A stretch of DNA of 33,904 nucleotides, taken from contig CAXSGP010000050.1 of the NCBI GenBank assembly GCA_964236955.1, positions 1-33,904 on the forward strand, given 5' to 3'. The notes under the pieces are model-generated. The model was not told the DNA's origin. It ran no database searches and saw only the letters and a list, made by a program, of their open reading frames with translations. Within the stretch, counting starts at the first letter, position 1. Each line of letters starts with the position of its first letter. Of this stretch, positions 17,320-26,374 are shown piece after piece. Made by a program: the position numbers and the translations under genes. The DNA is from an uncultured Oligoflexus sp. Lineage in GTDB: Bacteria > Bdellovibrionota_B > Oligoflexia > Oligoflexales > Oligoflexaceae.

Positions 17320-20300
17320 CCGCTTGCGGCAGCCAGGCTTTCAGCACCGAAAGCAAACGCTCAAGATCGATAGGCTTCGGCAGATAATCATTGGCACCGG
17401 CCTCAATGCATTTTTCCTGATCGCCCCGCATAGCCTTGGCGGTCAAAGCGATGATGGGCAGGGTGCTGCGTCGGGGATCTTTCCTGATTTCCCGCATCGC
17501 CGTGTAACCGTCCATTTCGGGCATCATGATATCCATCAAAACGAGATCGATTCCTTCCACTTCACTCAGCTTGGCCAAAGCCTCAAGGCCGTTGCGCGCC
17601 ACCAGAATTTTTAGGCCCTTTGGCTCGAGCGCGCTCATCAGGGCAAAGGTATTGCGTAGATCGTCGTCGACCAGCAACAGCTTTTGGCCATGAAAGGGCT
17701 TTTTGCCTTTGCGGCTTTCCAGCAGCAGCTGCTGCTGATTTTCAGGCAGCTGCGCCTCCACTCTATGTAAGAACAAACTGACTTCGTCGAGCAGCCGTTC
17801 GGGTGATTTTACTCCTTTGATGATGATGCTGGCGGAATATAGGCGCAGCTGCATGATTTCGTCCCGGCTCAGATCTTTGCCCGTATAAACAATGACCGGC
17901 GGTCGAATCGTGCTCTTGTCCTGAGCCAGAGCATCAAGCAGATCAAGCCCCGATTTATCGGGCAGCCGCAGATCAAGGATCATGCAATCATAGGACTGCG
18001 CCCGAATCCTATCATAGGCTTCGGCAGCCAGGCCCACAGCATCGGTATGCACATCGGTGCCCTGGATCAGGCGCGCGATCGCATGGCGCTGACGTTCATC
18101 ATCCTCGACGATGAGAACCCGCCTTACCCGTCGCGAGATCATGTCCTCTATTTTTTGAAAGGCGCCACGCAGCTGATCGGAACTCACCGGCTTTAAAAGG
18201 TAGCCAAGCGCGCCCATTCTAAGGGCATTCTGTGAGACATCGACCCCTGAGATCACATGCACAGGAATGTGCCGGGTCGAAGGCGATGACTTGATCGCCT
18301 CGATCAAACCCAGCCCGCTCACGCCGGGCAGTTTCATATCCAAAACAACACCCGAGGGCCGAAAGCTCTTAAGATCAGAAAGCGCCTGATCCCCATCGAC
18401 CGCCAGGAGGACTTTAAAGCCCATTTTCCTGGCGGCCGAAGACAGGATATGGATAAAATTGGCATCATCCTCAACGATAAGCACGACTTTATCATGCTCC
18501 TGAATCTCTTCCCTATCGTCTTTGAGGCGATGACTTTCCATGACGGCCTGGGTCGCTCGCGTTTCAAGGGCAATGGATTGTGCCGGCGTAGCTGGCAAAG
18601 GCGGCTTTTGTGCAGCCACAGCGGTCTCGCCACTGTCTGCAGTATACTGCTCGGGAATGACCAGCGTGAAAACACTGCCCTTGCCAACTTCGCTTGAAAG
18701 TATCATTTCGCCACCTAGCAGGGCTGCCAGCTCGCGACAGATGGTCAGTCCAAGACCGGTGCCGCCATACTTTCGACTCGTCGAACTATCAGCCTGACTG
18801 AAGGCTTCAAAGATCAAATTCTGTTTATCCAAGGGGATGCCGATACCGCTATCGGTGACGCTAAAGGCCAGGAGTTCCTGGCGTCGCTGGCTATTTCGAA
18901 GCAAAGGCAGCTCCGCCGAAGGCCGAGCGATGTGAATCGAAACCCGCCCACGTTCGGTGAACTTGAAGGCATTGGAAAGAAAGTTGCGAAGAATCTGCTC
19001 GAGGCGTTTCTGATCACTGGAAATCTCGGCTGGAAGCCCCGATCCGACGACGATATCGAACTCCAGGTGTTTCGAGCTGGCCATCGGCGCAAAGCTGCGC
19101 TTGATGCCGTCGACCATGCTCCGCAAATTGATTTCTTCGACATAAATATCAAGTTTCCCAGCCTCCACCTTCGACAGATCGAGGATATCGTTGATCAGCG
19201 ACAGCAGATCGTTGCCAGCGTTTTGGATGGTGCCCGCAAACGAGATTTGCTCTTCGCTTAAATTGCCATCCGCATTTTCCTGAAGAAGGGTCGAAAGGAT
19301 CAGCATGCTGTTCAGCGGCGTGCGCAGCTCATGGGACATGTTGGCAAGAAACTCCGACTTATAATGGCTCGCCTGCTCCAAGGCTTTGGCACGATCTTCC
19401 AAGGCAGCTTTCGCAGTTTCGAGTTCAAGCGCTTTGGCCTCGAGTTTATCCTGCTGATCGTGCAGGATACTGGCCTGATCCTCAAGCTGATCATTGGTCT
19501 GCCGCAGCTCCTCCTGCTGCTGAATCAATTTATCCTGAGAAAGGTTTAAGGCAGCCGCCTGCTCGGTAAGCTCTTCGTTGGTGACACGGAGCTCTTCCTG
19601 CTGCGTTTGCAGCTCCTCCGCCTGAGCCTGAGTTTCTTCGAGCAGATTCTGCAGGCGGCTGCGATTTTCCGCCGACACGAGATTTCGGGCGACGATCTCG
19701 GCGCTGCGTTCAACCAGGCGCATGACAATAGCCTGTCGCTCCTCCATAAGCGCCAACTCCATCACAGCAATGACACGTTTATCGAGTATAAGCGGCACAA
19801 TGGCTAAACACCTTATCGCTCCCGACCCCAGGTCAGAGTTCACCTTCAGATAATTGGGAGGCGGCTCGTCCATCCAAAAAACCCTTTTATTCTGCACCGC
19901 TTCGCCCAATACTCCCTCATCGAGATCACGTTCCCGACTGCGCAGTAGCAGACCCTGATCGAAGCCATACGTGGAGATACGACGCAGCACAGTTCCCTCC
20001 ACATGATGCATGCTGGACACGGGCGAATTGAGGCTGGCCCCGAAGAACTGGAGGGTTTTTTTGCCAAGCTCTTCCAAATCCAGATCACCACTCAGGCTTA
20101 CGGCAAGCTCAGCTAATTTTTCCTGGAACCACTGCTCTTCGGCCTGGGCAATTGAGTTTCGTTTCAAAACGAGAAAGGCGATGAAGGTCAGCAGGAGATT
20201 AAGGGCCAAGCTAGCCCAGAGGCAGCTGTCGACGAAGCCCGTGCTGTGGAAATCGGTTTCACTGCGGTTGGTGAGCAGGCGTTTTTCTTCTTCCCTCATC

Positions 20301-20818
20301 ATCTCGGCCATGGTCCGCACCCTTTCCATAAGAATGCGCCCATCGTTTAAAACAAAGGCATCGAAGTTATCGAACTTTCGGTCGTTCAGCAGTTTTTGTA
20401 AGCCGGCTTCCATGATCTGTTGTTTGTCGTAAACCGCGTTTTTAAGAATTTCCCCGTTTTTTACCTGCTTCGGATTGTCCGAAACGAGAAAAAGGAGATG
20501 AGCTATCTCCTTATCTATGGATTTCCGGGCCAGGTGATAAGGCTGCAGATAACGATCATCACCGCGGGAAATGTAGAAGCCACGATAGCCGGTCTCCTCA
20601 TCCTTGAGGCCCGACACAATCAACTCGATGGTGCTCAGGACCTCACGCGTATGCGTTACCCACTGTTGACCGGATTTTACATCTTCAAAACTTTTTAAAA
20701 GCACACTCCCGTTGGTGACGACGATAAGGATGAGGGCCGCAAACGCTAAGCGTAATTTTGTCAGGCTTATGGCGGCGTGACGCGAGCCTTTCGCCAGGAG
20801 CTTATTGCTTTTTGACAT
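17309..20818 (-). CDS. CHASE3-GAF hybrid histidine kinase with three C-terminal receiver domains
   Basis: TM-CHASE3 (WVTHT...D.ETGYRGF.I...YLQPY)-TM, GAF, long Q/E coiled coil, [14 protein letters not shown], HATPase and three REC domains. Confidence 0.95.
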   Translation of the reverse strand: MSKSNKLLAKGSRHAAISLTKLRLAFAALILIVVTNGSVLLKSFEDVKSGQQWVTHTREVLSTIELIVSGLKDEETGYRGFYISRGDDRYLQPYHLARKSIDKEIAHLLFLVSDNPKQVKNGEILKNAVYDKQQIMEAGLQKLLNDRKFDNFDAFVLNDGRILMERVRTMAEMMREEEKRLLTNRSETDFHSTGFVDSCLWASLALNLLLTFIAFLVLKRNSIAQAEEQWFQEKLAELAVSLSGDLDLEELGKKTLQFFGASLNSPVSSMHHVEGTVLRRISTYGFDQGLLLRSRERDLDEGVLGEAVQNKRVFWMDEPPPNYLKVNSDLGSGAIRCLAIVPLILDKRVIAVMELALMEERQAIVMRLVERSAEIVARNLVSAENRSRLQNLLEETQAQAEELQTQQEELRVTNEELTEQAAALNLSQDKLIQQQEELRQTNDQLEDQASILHDQQDKLEAKALELETAKAALEDRAKALEQASHYKSEFLANMSHELRTPLNSMLILSTLLQENADGNLSEEQISFAGTIQNAGNDLLSLINDILDLSKVEAGKLDIYVEEINLRSMVDGIKRSFAPMASSKHLEFDIVVGSGLPAEISSDQKRLEQILRNFLSNAFKFTERGRVSIHIARPSAELPLLRNSQRRQELLAFSVTDSGIGIPLDKQNLIFEAFSQADSSTSRKYGGTGLGLTICRELAALLGGEMILSSEVGKGSVFTLVIPEQYTADSGETAVAAQKPPLPATPAQSIALETRATQAVMESHRLKDDREEIQEHDKVVLIVEDDANFIHILSSAARKMGFKVLLAVDGDQALSDLKSFRPSGVVLDMKLPGVSGLGLIEAIKSSPSTRHIPVHVISGVDVSQNALRMGALGYLLKPVSSDQLRGAFQKIEDMISRRVRRVLIVEDDERQRHAIARLIQGTDVHTDAVGLAAEAYDRIRAQSYDCMILDLRLPDKSGLDLLDALAQDKSTIRPPVIVYTGKDLSRDEIMQLRLYSASIIIKGVKSPERLLDEVSLFLHRVEAQLPENQQQLLLESRKGKKPFHGQKLLLVDDDLRNTFALMSALEPKGLKILVARNGLEALAKLSEVEGIDLVLMDIMMPEMDGYTAMREIRKDPRRSTLPIIALTAKAMRGDQEKCIEAGANDYLPKPIDLERLLSVLKAWLPQAGEF

Positions 20819-21051
20819 AGAGAGCGCAGCCTCTTTCCCGAAAAAAAAATAAAATAGGGCAACCGTAAGCTATATCGCTCCGATCCTTATGAAGGCAACC
20901 ACCGCGTAGGGGCGATACATAGATTCACCAGTAGTTCTAGTCATTTAATAGGAAATGGCGAAATATCATGGATTGCTATTGCTCATTAGCAGCACTACTA
21001 AAAAAGACTAAGCAGAACTTATAGACTTGAACTGGAGAGGAATTGAATGCT

Positions 21052-21300
21052 TGTGGGTAATATCCAGCGGGGATCACATGGCTTTTATAAATTTCTTGTT
21101 TATCCTTCAAGAAACTTGATGTTTTAAAAAAGTTCATAGATACTCAAAAGCTCTTCGCCCGACCCGTGGAAAATTTTCCGCCGAAGTTATCCACAGCTGC
21201 CTGTGGATAAGTAGACCACATGAAAAAACTCTTTCAAATATAACCGCCTAAAATAACAATTAAAAAAAAATCCACAGAATCTTTCGATGTCTGTGGATAA
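21052..21300. promoter_or_regulatory. DnaA-box cluster
   Basis: Perfect boxes TTATCCACA (21187-21195), TGTGGATAA (21202-21210) and TGTGGATAA (21292-21300). One-mismatch TGTGGGTAA at 21052-21060; two-mismatch copies at 21165-21173 and 21268-21276. AT-rich intergenic context. Confidence 0.75.
21262..21298 (-). terminator. Rho-independent terminator of rpmI-rplT
   Basis: Minus strand TCCACAGA-C-ATC-GAAA-GAT-TCTGTGGA followed by T9. Confidence 0.85.
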
Positions 21301-21323
21301 GTCGATTTTTTTAATTGGGCTAA

Positions 21324-21683
21324 TCAGATAGCAAGCTTAGTTTTTACCTGAGCTATAATTTCAGAGAAAGCCGCTGGCTGATTTAGAGCCAGGTCAGCAA
21401 GTGCTGATCGATCCAGATTGATCTCAAGTTTTTTAAGACCGTGGATAAATTCTGAATAACGGATGCCAGCTTCGCGCACAGCAGCGTTGATACGAACGAT
21501 CCACAGCTTGCGGAATTCGCGTTTTTTGACGCGTCTGTCACGGTATGCGTATACCAAACTGCGACGAATGACATGGATCGAGTTACGGAAACGATTCTTG
21601 CGCGAACCGCGAAAACCCTTAGCCAGGGCGAATAGTTTTTTTCTGCGGCGTCTTGCTTTAAATCCGCGTTTGGCGCGTGCCAT
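21324..21683 (-). CDS. rplT: 50S ribosomal protein L20
   Basis: MARAKRG..ARRRRKK...AKGFRG...YAYRDRR.KKREFRKLWI.RINAA. Confidence 0.99.
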   Translation of the reverse strand: MARAKRGFKARRRRKKLFALAKGFRGSRKNRFRNSIHVIRRSLVYAYRDRRVKKREFRKLWIVRINAAVREAGIRYSEFIHGLKKLEINLDRSALADLALNQPAAFSEIIAQVKTKLAI

Positions 21684-21735
21684 ATTCAGGTCCTCTTATG
21701 AACAAAGTTCAGGATAGTTTAGTATGGGATCTCGA

Positions 21736-21933
21736 TCAACCGTAAGGCAAACAGGCTAAAACATTCCAGCGGTCAGCATGGCTAACATACGTGGCATTTT
21801 TAAGCTTGTTCAGACGAGCGCGAGACTTTTTGGTCAGAATGTGGCGACGGTTGGCTTGGCCCCGTTTGATTCGACCCGACGGGAGCACCTTGAAACGCTT
21901 CGCGGCAGCGCGCTTTGTTTTCATCTTCGGCAT
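21736..21933 (-). CDS. rpmI: 50S ribosomal protein L35
   Basis: [15 protein letters not shown]...HILTKK...LPY. Confidence 0.99.
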   Translation of the reverse strand: MPKMKTKRAAAKRFKVLPSGRIKRGQANRRHILTKKSRARLNKLKNATYVSHADRWNVLACLPYG

Positions 21934-22040
21934 TGTTAATTAACCTCTTTATCACCCTGCAGGGGCTGCAGTAATATTCTGTCGCCTCTATCCTCGTAGC
22001 AACGTAACGGGGGTTGCTGTTCGAAAATAATAGAGGTCAG
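21934..22040 (-). ncRNA. Candidate structured ribosomal-protein leader (L20-leader-like cis element)
   Basis: Nested stems CCUCUAU/AUAGAGG, UUUCG/CGAGG and AGCAAC/GUUGCU, plus a CUGCAG/CUGCAG hairpin, directly 5' of rpmI. Confidence 0.5.
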
Positions 22041-22106
22041 TATGTAGCACTTCGATTCCTCCTCCGCAATCGAAATGTAGCCTACTTTAAAGGCTAGACG
22101 CGCTTT

Positions 22107-22850
22107 TCATCGCGGGGCTGGCAGCACAAAAGCGACTCTTCCTTCGCCTAACAATTTTGACGTAGACTGGTGTGCCTGATTCCAGGCCTCCTTGTCGACG
22201 ATGAGTTTGCCATCTTTATACTCAGCTTCAAGTCTGAGGGGCTGTGCGCCAGAAAAGCCCTTGAGCTCCGATGAATTTTTGTAGAACCAACGGCCGATAA
22301 GCTGCTTTTTATAGGCATCAGGACTTACATCCTGAGAACTGTAGACGAGCTCGCCCGCACTATCCTGAATTTCGCTGACCAGCTGCGGCGCCTTGAGGCC
22401 CTTGACCTCGATCACCACGCCACTGCTCGCCGTAGCTACTGTATCGGCCTCGTCAGGTCGGCTGACAAAGGGTTTGCGGCCTGGGTCGAGGGCCAGAGCT
22501 AAACTGCTCTCCAGCTCGACCCGTACTTTACCGTTGCTAAAGTACACAGTATTAAAAACGTAGGACTGCTTGCTGACGGCGTGGGCAATGGTTTCGGCGT
22601 TATCAAGCGAGGCCCCTTTTTCACTGCGGATTTTGGGAACATTGGCCAGGGCATACAGCAGACCCTGATCGGTCGCTTCTTTTTCCGCCACATCCAAATT
22701 CTTATTGGCGGCCGACTCACCAAAATAACGGAGCCGCATATTAGACCAGTTCATTTCAAAGCGGTCAAAAGATTCCAGCACGGGCTGAGCCCCGAGTTCA
22801 TGAGCACCTAGGGACAGGGCCACCAAATATAATGCACACCATCGGTTCAT
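22107..22850 (-). CDS. Secreted hypothetical protein
   Basis: Signal peptide. The C-terminal SGVVIEVKGL.APQL...I.D..G..VY block resembles LPP20-associated periplasmic proteins. ATG overlaps the suhB stop. Confidence 0.75.
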   Translation of the reverse strand: MNRWCALYLVALSLGAHELGAQPVLESFDRFEMNWSNMRLRYFGESAANKNLDVAEKEATDQGLLYALANVPKIRSEKGASLDNAETIAHAVSKQSYVFNTVYFSNGKVRVELESSLALALDPGRKPFVSRPDEADTVATASSGVVIEVKGLKAPQLVSEIQDSAGELVYSSQDVSPDAYKKQLIGRWFYKNSSELKGFSGAQPLRLEAEYKDGKLIVDKEAWNQAHQSTSKLLGEGRVAFVLPAPR

Positions 22851-23668
22851 AAGCTGCTTCCTCTTGTTTTGAGAAGACCCGAGATGAATGCCACCACGGT
22901 CGGCGTACCACAGACGATATTGCCTTCTTCGATATTATACCTTGTCGATAAGGGCGCAAAGTTCTGTATCGTACCTCCCGCCTCACTAACAAGAAGATTT
23001 CCAGCGGCAAGATCCCAGGCCCCTAAACCCGACTCCCAGTAGCCGTCATATACACCTTCAGCAACGAGCGCTAAATCGAGAGCCGCTGCACCATCACGAC
23101 GAATGCTTTGACAGGCATCAGCGACGCTATGAAAGAATTCTATAACATCCTTGAGATTCTGACCGGAATGATAGGCAAAGCCCGTCACTAAAAAAGAATG
23201 GCGCATGGATCGATTCTGACTAACCTTGATGCGCTTGTGGTTAACCCATGCCCCCTGGCCACGACCAGCAACGTAAGTCTTGTTACGTATTGGGTCATGA
23301 ATGGCCCCCACCTGTACAATAAGGTACCCATCCACATCAAACTCGGCCCGGGCGATGGATACACAAAAGAAGGGGTAGCTATTGGCAAAGTTGGTCGTTC
23401 CATCTAATGGGTCAATGATCCAGATTGATCGGCCAGGCGTCCGCTCGGTTGAACTTAAACCGGCTTCTTCCGAGAGGATAAGGTCATCCGGGCATTGCCG
23501 CCGCAGGGTATCGATGATGAGTTTTTCACTCGCCAGGTCGGCATCGGTCACGAGAGAATTATCGTGTTTATGGCGAATATTTACCTCAGCACCAAAATGC
23601 CGCATCAGCACAGCACCTGCTTGGGAGCTTAGCTCATGCAAAAACTCCATCTCTTTCGTATAGTCCAC
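22847..23668 (-). CDS. suhB: Inositol monophosphatase family protein
   Basis: VTDAD..SE, SEE, WIIDPLDGTTNF, RRDGAAALDLALVA.G and WD.AAG motifs. Confidence 0.93.
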   Translation of the reverse strand: MDYTKEMEFLHELSSQAGAVLMRHFGAEVNIRHKHDNSLVTDADLASEKLIIDTLRRQCPDDLILSEEAGLSSTERTPGRSIWIIDPLDGTTNFANSYPFFCVSIARAEFDVDGYLIVQVGAIHDPIRNKTYVAGRGQGAWVNHKRIKVSQNRSMRHSFLVTGFAYHSGQNLKDVIEFFHSVADACQSIRRDGAAALDLALVAEGVYDGYWESGLGAWDLAAGNLLVSEAGGTIQNFAPLSTRYNIEEGNIVCGTPTVVAFISGLLKTRGSSL

Positions 23669-23738
23669 AACAGTGCTCCCTCGTGAGGCGCGAGATAAAC
23701 CTTACGCCCTGGCGCAGGTTTTTGTATGATCTTTATTG

Positions 23739-23753
23739 TGGCACGGTCATTGA
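23739..23753 (+). promoter_or_regulatory. Sigma54-like promoter upstream of the RNase Y homologue
   Basis: TGGCACG-GTCA-TTGA: perfect -24 element and correct spacing, but GA instead of GC at -12. Confidence 0.45.
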
Positions 23754-23880
23754 AATTCTGCGAGCTTTTCATCGCTAAGTCACTGACTATACGCCTAAAC
23801 CATTAGTTTTCTCTTCGGATACAGGTTTTCTGGTTTTTAGCCGAAGAGTATTAGAGAATACTGAAAGGTAAGAGTTAAAT

Positions 23881-25464
23881 ATGGATTCAATATCAAGCAG
23901 TTACATTATAACGGCAGGCCTGGGTGCACTGCTGGGAGTCGGCCTGTTTTCAGTGGTTCGTTTCTTCTTGCCACGCCGTCTAAAGGCCACCCACCAGCAG
24001 CAGCGCGACTTAATTGTGCTAAAAGCCCAGCAGCGAAGGGAGCAACTCGTCGCTGAGGCTAAAAAACATGGCGATGAAAAGCTCATGCAGCTGAAAGAGG
24101 AGCTTGAGGTGACTCTCGAAGAAGAACGCCTCAGCCTTGAATCGATCGAAAATGATTTTGCGCTGCAGGAGGAATTTACCGAGCACGAGGAAGAGCGCAT
24201 CGTCAAGCTCGAGACCTCGCTGGAAACTCATCAAAAGAAAATCATCGATCTGCAGGAACAGCTCGAGACCCACAATCAGGACAAGAGCCAAATTCGCCTG
24301 GAAACCCAGTCGCGCCTGGCTCAAATTGCCGATTGTGATGTGCAGACGACCAAGCAAAACATCGCGGATGGCGTCCTTAACGATCGCCGTCTTGATAGCC
24401 AAAAGCGCATCAAAGAGCTGGTTGATGATTTAGAAAGCCATTCCAAAAAAGGCGCCGAACGTGTCCTGAGCCGCATCCTGTCGCGTTATCAGCCAACCTT
24501 TGTCTGGCCGAAAAGCGTCAACCATGTCGAGATTCAAAATCCACGCCTTTTTGAATCCTTGGAGAACCCAGCCACCGCCCTGGTGGCCGACCTCGTTCAA
24601 CTCTCCGAGGGCGTGGAACTCACCCTTTCCCCAGCCGAACATGAAGGAATGCCCTCGGTGATTCGCCTCGGTGGGGGCTACGGCATCTACAAAGAAGCGG
24701 TGCGCCTGACCCTCGAAGAGCTTCTACCGCGCGGACCCTCGCATTGGACCAAGATCGATAAAGTTTATCAAAAGCACTGCCGCCTCATAGAAATTCAAGC
24801 CGCCAAACTTGGCAAACAGGCTGTGCAGGAACTGCGCCTGCCCAATATTCATGAAGAGATTCAAAAGATGGTTGGAGCCTTGAACTGGCGAACCAGCTAT
24901 CGCCAAAATCAATATCACCATTCGGTTGAAGTCTCACGCCTTGCAGGCCTTTTGGCCTCAGAAATGGGTGTTGACCCTCAGGTCGCCAAACGCTGTGGGC
25001 TCTTGCATGACATTGGCAAGGGAATCGATTACCGAATTGAGGGCAGTCACGCTGTGATCAGTGGCGACTATGCTGACCGCTTTGGTGAGAAACGCCTGGT
25101 TTGCGATACCGTCATGTCCCATCATAATGATTTGGTTCTCGACACGCCGCTCAGCTTTGTTTTGAAGTCGGCCGATACCCTTTCGGGAGCGCGGCCTGGG
25201 GCCCGTATCAATCTGGAAGAGGGCTACCAGGAACGGTTGGCCGCAATGGAAGAGGCGATCAAGACCTTTTCGGGTATCCAAAAGGTTGCGATCATGAATG
25301 GGGGCCGCGAGGTTCACATCGGCGTCAATCATAAGCGCGTGCGCGAGGAGGACCTCCAGGAGTTCACTGCGGCCATCGCCCGAAAGATCGAAGAGGATGT
25401 AGCGTTTCCGGGTCAGATCAAAGTGCTCGTCACGCGGCGCTTTGAAGCCACAGCCGTCGCCTAA
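23881..25464 (+). CDS. rny: Ribonuclease Y homologue (divergent KH domain)
   Basis: N-terminal TM and coiled coil, RTSY.QN...HS.EV, GLLHDIGK, EGSHA, AD.LSGARPGAR, GRE and FPGQIKV.VTR. Confidence 0.88.
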   Translation: MDSISSSYIITAGLGALLGVGLFSVVRFFLPRRLKATHQQQRDLIVLKAQQRREQLVAEAKKHGDEKLMQLKEELEVTLEEERLSLESIENDFALQEEFTEHEEERIVKLETSLETHQKKIIDLQEQLETHNQDKSQIRLETQSRLAQIADCDVQTTKQNIADGVLNDRRLDSQKRIKELVDDLESHSKKGAERVLSRILSRYQPTFVWPKSVNHVEIQNPRLFESLENPATALVADLVQLSEGVELTLSPAEHEGMPSVIRLGGGYGIYKEAVRLTLEELLPRGPSHWTKIDKVYQKHCRLIEIQAAKLGKQAVQELRLPNIHEEIQKMVGALNWRTSYRQNQYHHSVEVSRLAGLLASEMGVDPQVAKRCGLLHDIGKGIDYRIEGSHAVISGDYADRFGEKRLVCDTVMSHHNDLVLDTPLSFVLKSADTLSGARPGARINLEEGYQERLAAMEEAIKTFSGIQKVAIMNGGREVHIGVNHKRVREEDLQEFTAAIARKIEEDVAFPGQIKVLVTRRFEATAVA

Positions 25465-25535
25465 GTCAAGGCCCCTTATATTTTCGTACACACAAGGAGG
25501 CGCTCCCGAATTGGGGCCGCCTCCCTTGAGCTTTC

Positions 25536-25544
25536 TGCTATAAT
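25536..25544 (+). promoter_or_regulatory. Extended -10 sigma70 promoter for the TPR gene
   Basis: TGcTATAAT, 35 nt before the ATG at 25580, preceded by a GGAGGCG/CGCCTCC hairpin after rny. Confidence 0.6.
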
Positions 25545-25579
25545 TGCCTCATGTCTGCTTCGATTTTGTTGAGGAATCC

Positions 25580-26314
25580 ATGCTCAGTCCTAAACGCCGT
25601 CATCTCGCTGAGATTCACGATAAGGTCACGATGTACCTCAGGCTGCAGCGTTTCCAAGCGGCTGAGGAGCTCGTGCGCAGCGCTCTCAATGAGATGGGAC
25701 CTTACCCCAATCTTCTCAATTTAATGGGCCTTGTCTTTCATCGGCAGTCGCTCTTTAGCCAGGCGATCGAATACTTTGAGCAATCCATAGCCTCAAACCC
25801 ACGCTTTCTCGAGGCGGCCTTGAACCTCTCGGCGACTTATGCCGATCTGGGTTTTTACGAGCAGGCGGAGAAGGTCTATGATGCTGCCGTCATGCTTTTC
25901 CAGGATAAAGATGTCTTGCCCGATCTTATTCTCGGCCGCATTGCCAACCTGCATAACGCCACCGCTTTGGGCTACGAGCAGGCCGGCCTGCTCGAGGACG
26001 CAACCCTTGAATTTCAAAAGGCCCTGACCATCTATCCTAAGATGCCGGACGTCAGACTAAAGCTCGCCAAAATCTATCTGGAACTGGAACTCTTTCAAAG
26101 CAGCAAAGAACAGCTTAAATTTATACTTGGACAAAACCCAAGTCATATCGAAGCGCTCAATCTCCTGGGATCGGTCTGCTACCGTCTGGGCGACAGCGAC
26201 GAAGCCAGCCGCTATTGGCAAAAATCCCAAAATCTCAATCCCCACGATAAAACCTCAAGGACTTATATCCGCACCATGGCGCGCGCCGAGTCCGCCAAGG
26301 GCCTGCGCAGCTAA
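25580..26314 (+). CDS. Tetratricopeptide repeat protein
   Basis: Multiple TPRs (NLMGLVF...AIEYFEQSIASNP; LNLLG.VCY.LG....A..YWQKS..LNP). The ATG at 25580 has a GAGGA RBS. Confidence 0.9.
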   Translation: MLSPKRRHLAEIHDKVTMYLRLQRFQAAEELVRSALNEMGPYPNLLNLMGLVFHRQSLFSQAIEYFEQSIASNPRFLEAALNLSATYADLGFYEQAEKVYDAAVMLFQDKDVLPDLILGRIANLHNATALGYEQAGLLEDATLEFQKALTIYPKMPDVRLKLAKIYLELELFQSSKEQLKFILGQNPSHIEALNLLGSVCYRLGDSDEASRYWQKSQNLNPHDKTSRTYIRTMARAESAKGLRS

Positions 26315-26374
26315 GGTGAACCTTCAGTTAATCCGAAGGCATATTGCAATCGATAGGTTTGAGGTTAGATACCC

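Noticed and set aside
20820..21323. Calling the DnaA-box region oriC
   Set aside because: No dnaA/dnaN nearby, no convincing DnaA-trio run next to a box, no apparent skew switch in spot counts, and highly expressed genes would be head-on. Not excluded without whole-genome skew.
23669..23880. 6S RNA upstream of rny
   Set aside because: No long rod-like self-complementarity and no zapA/ygfA context.
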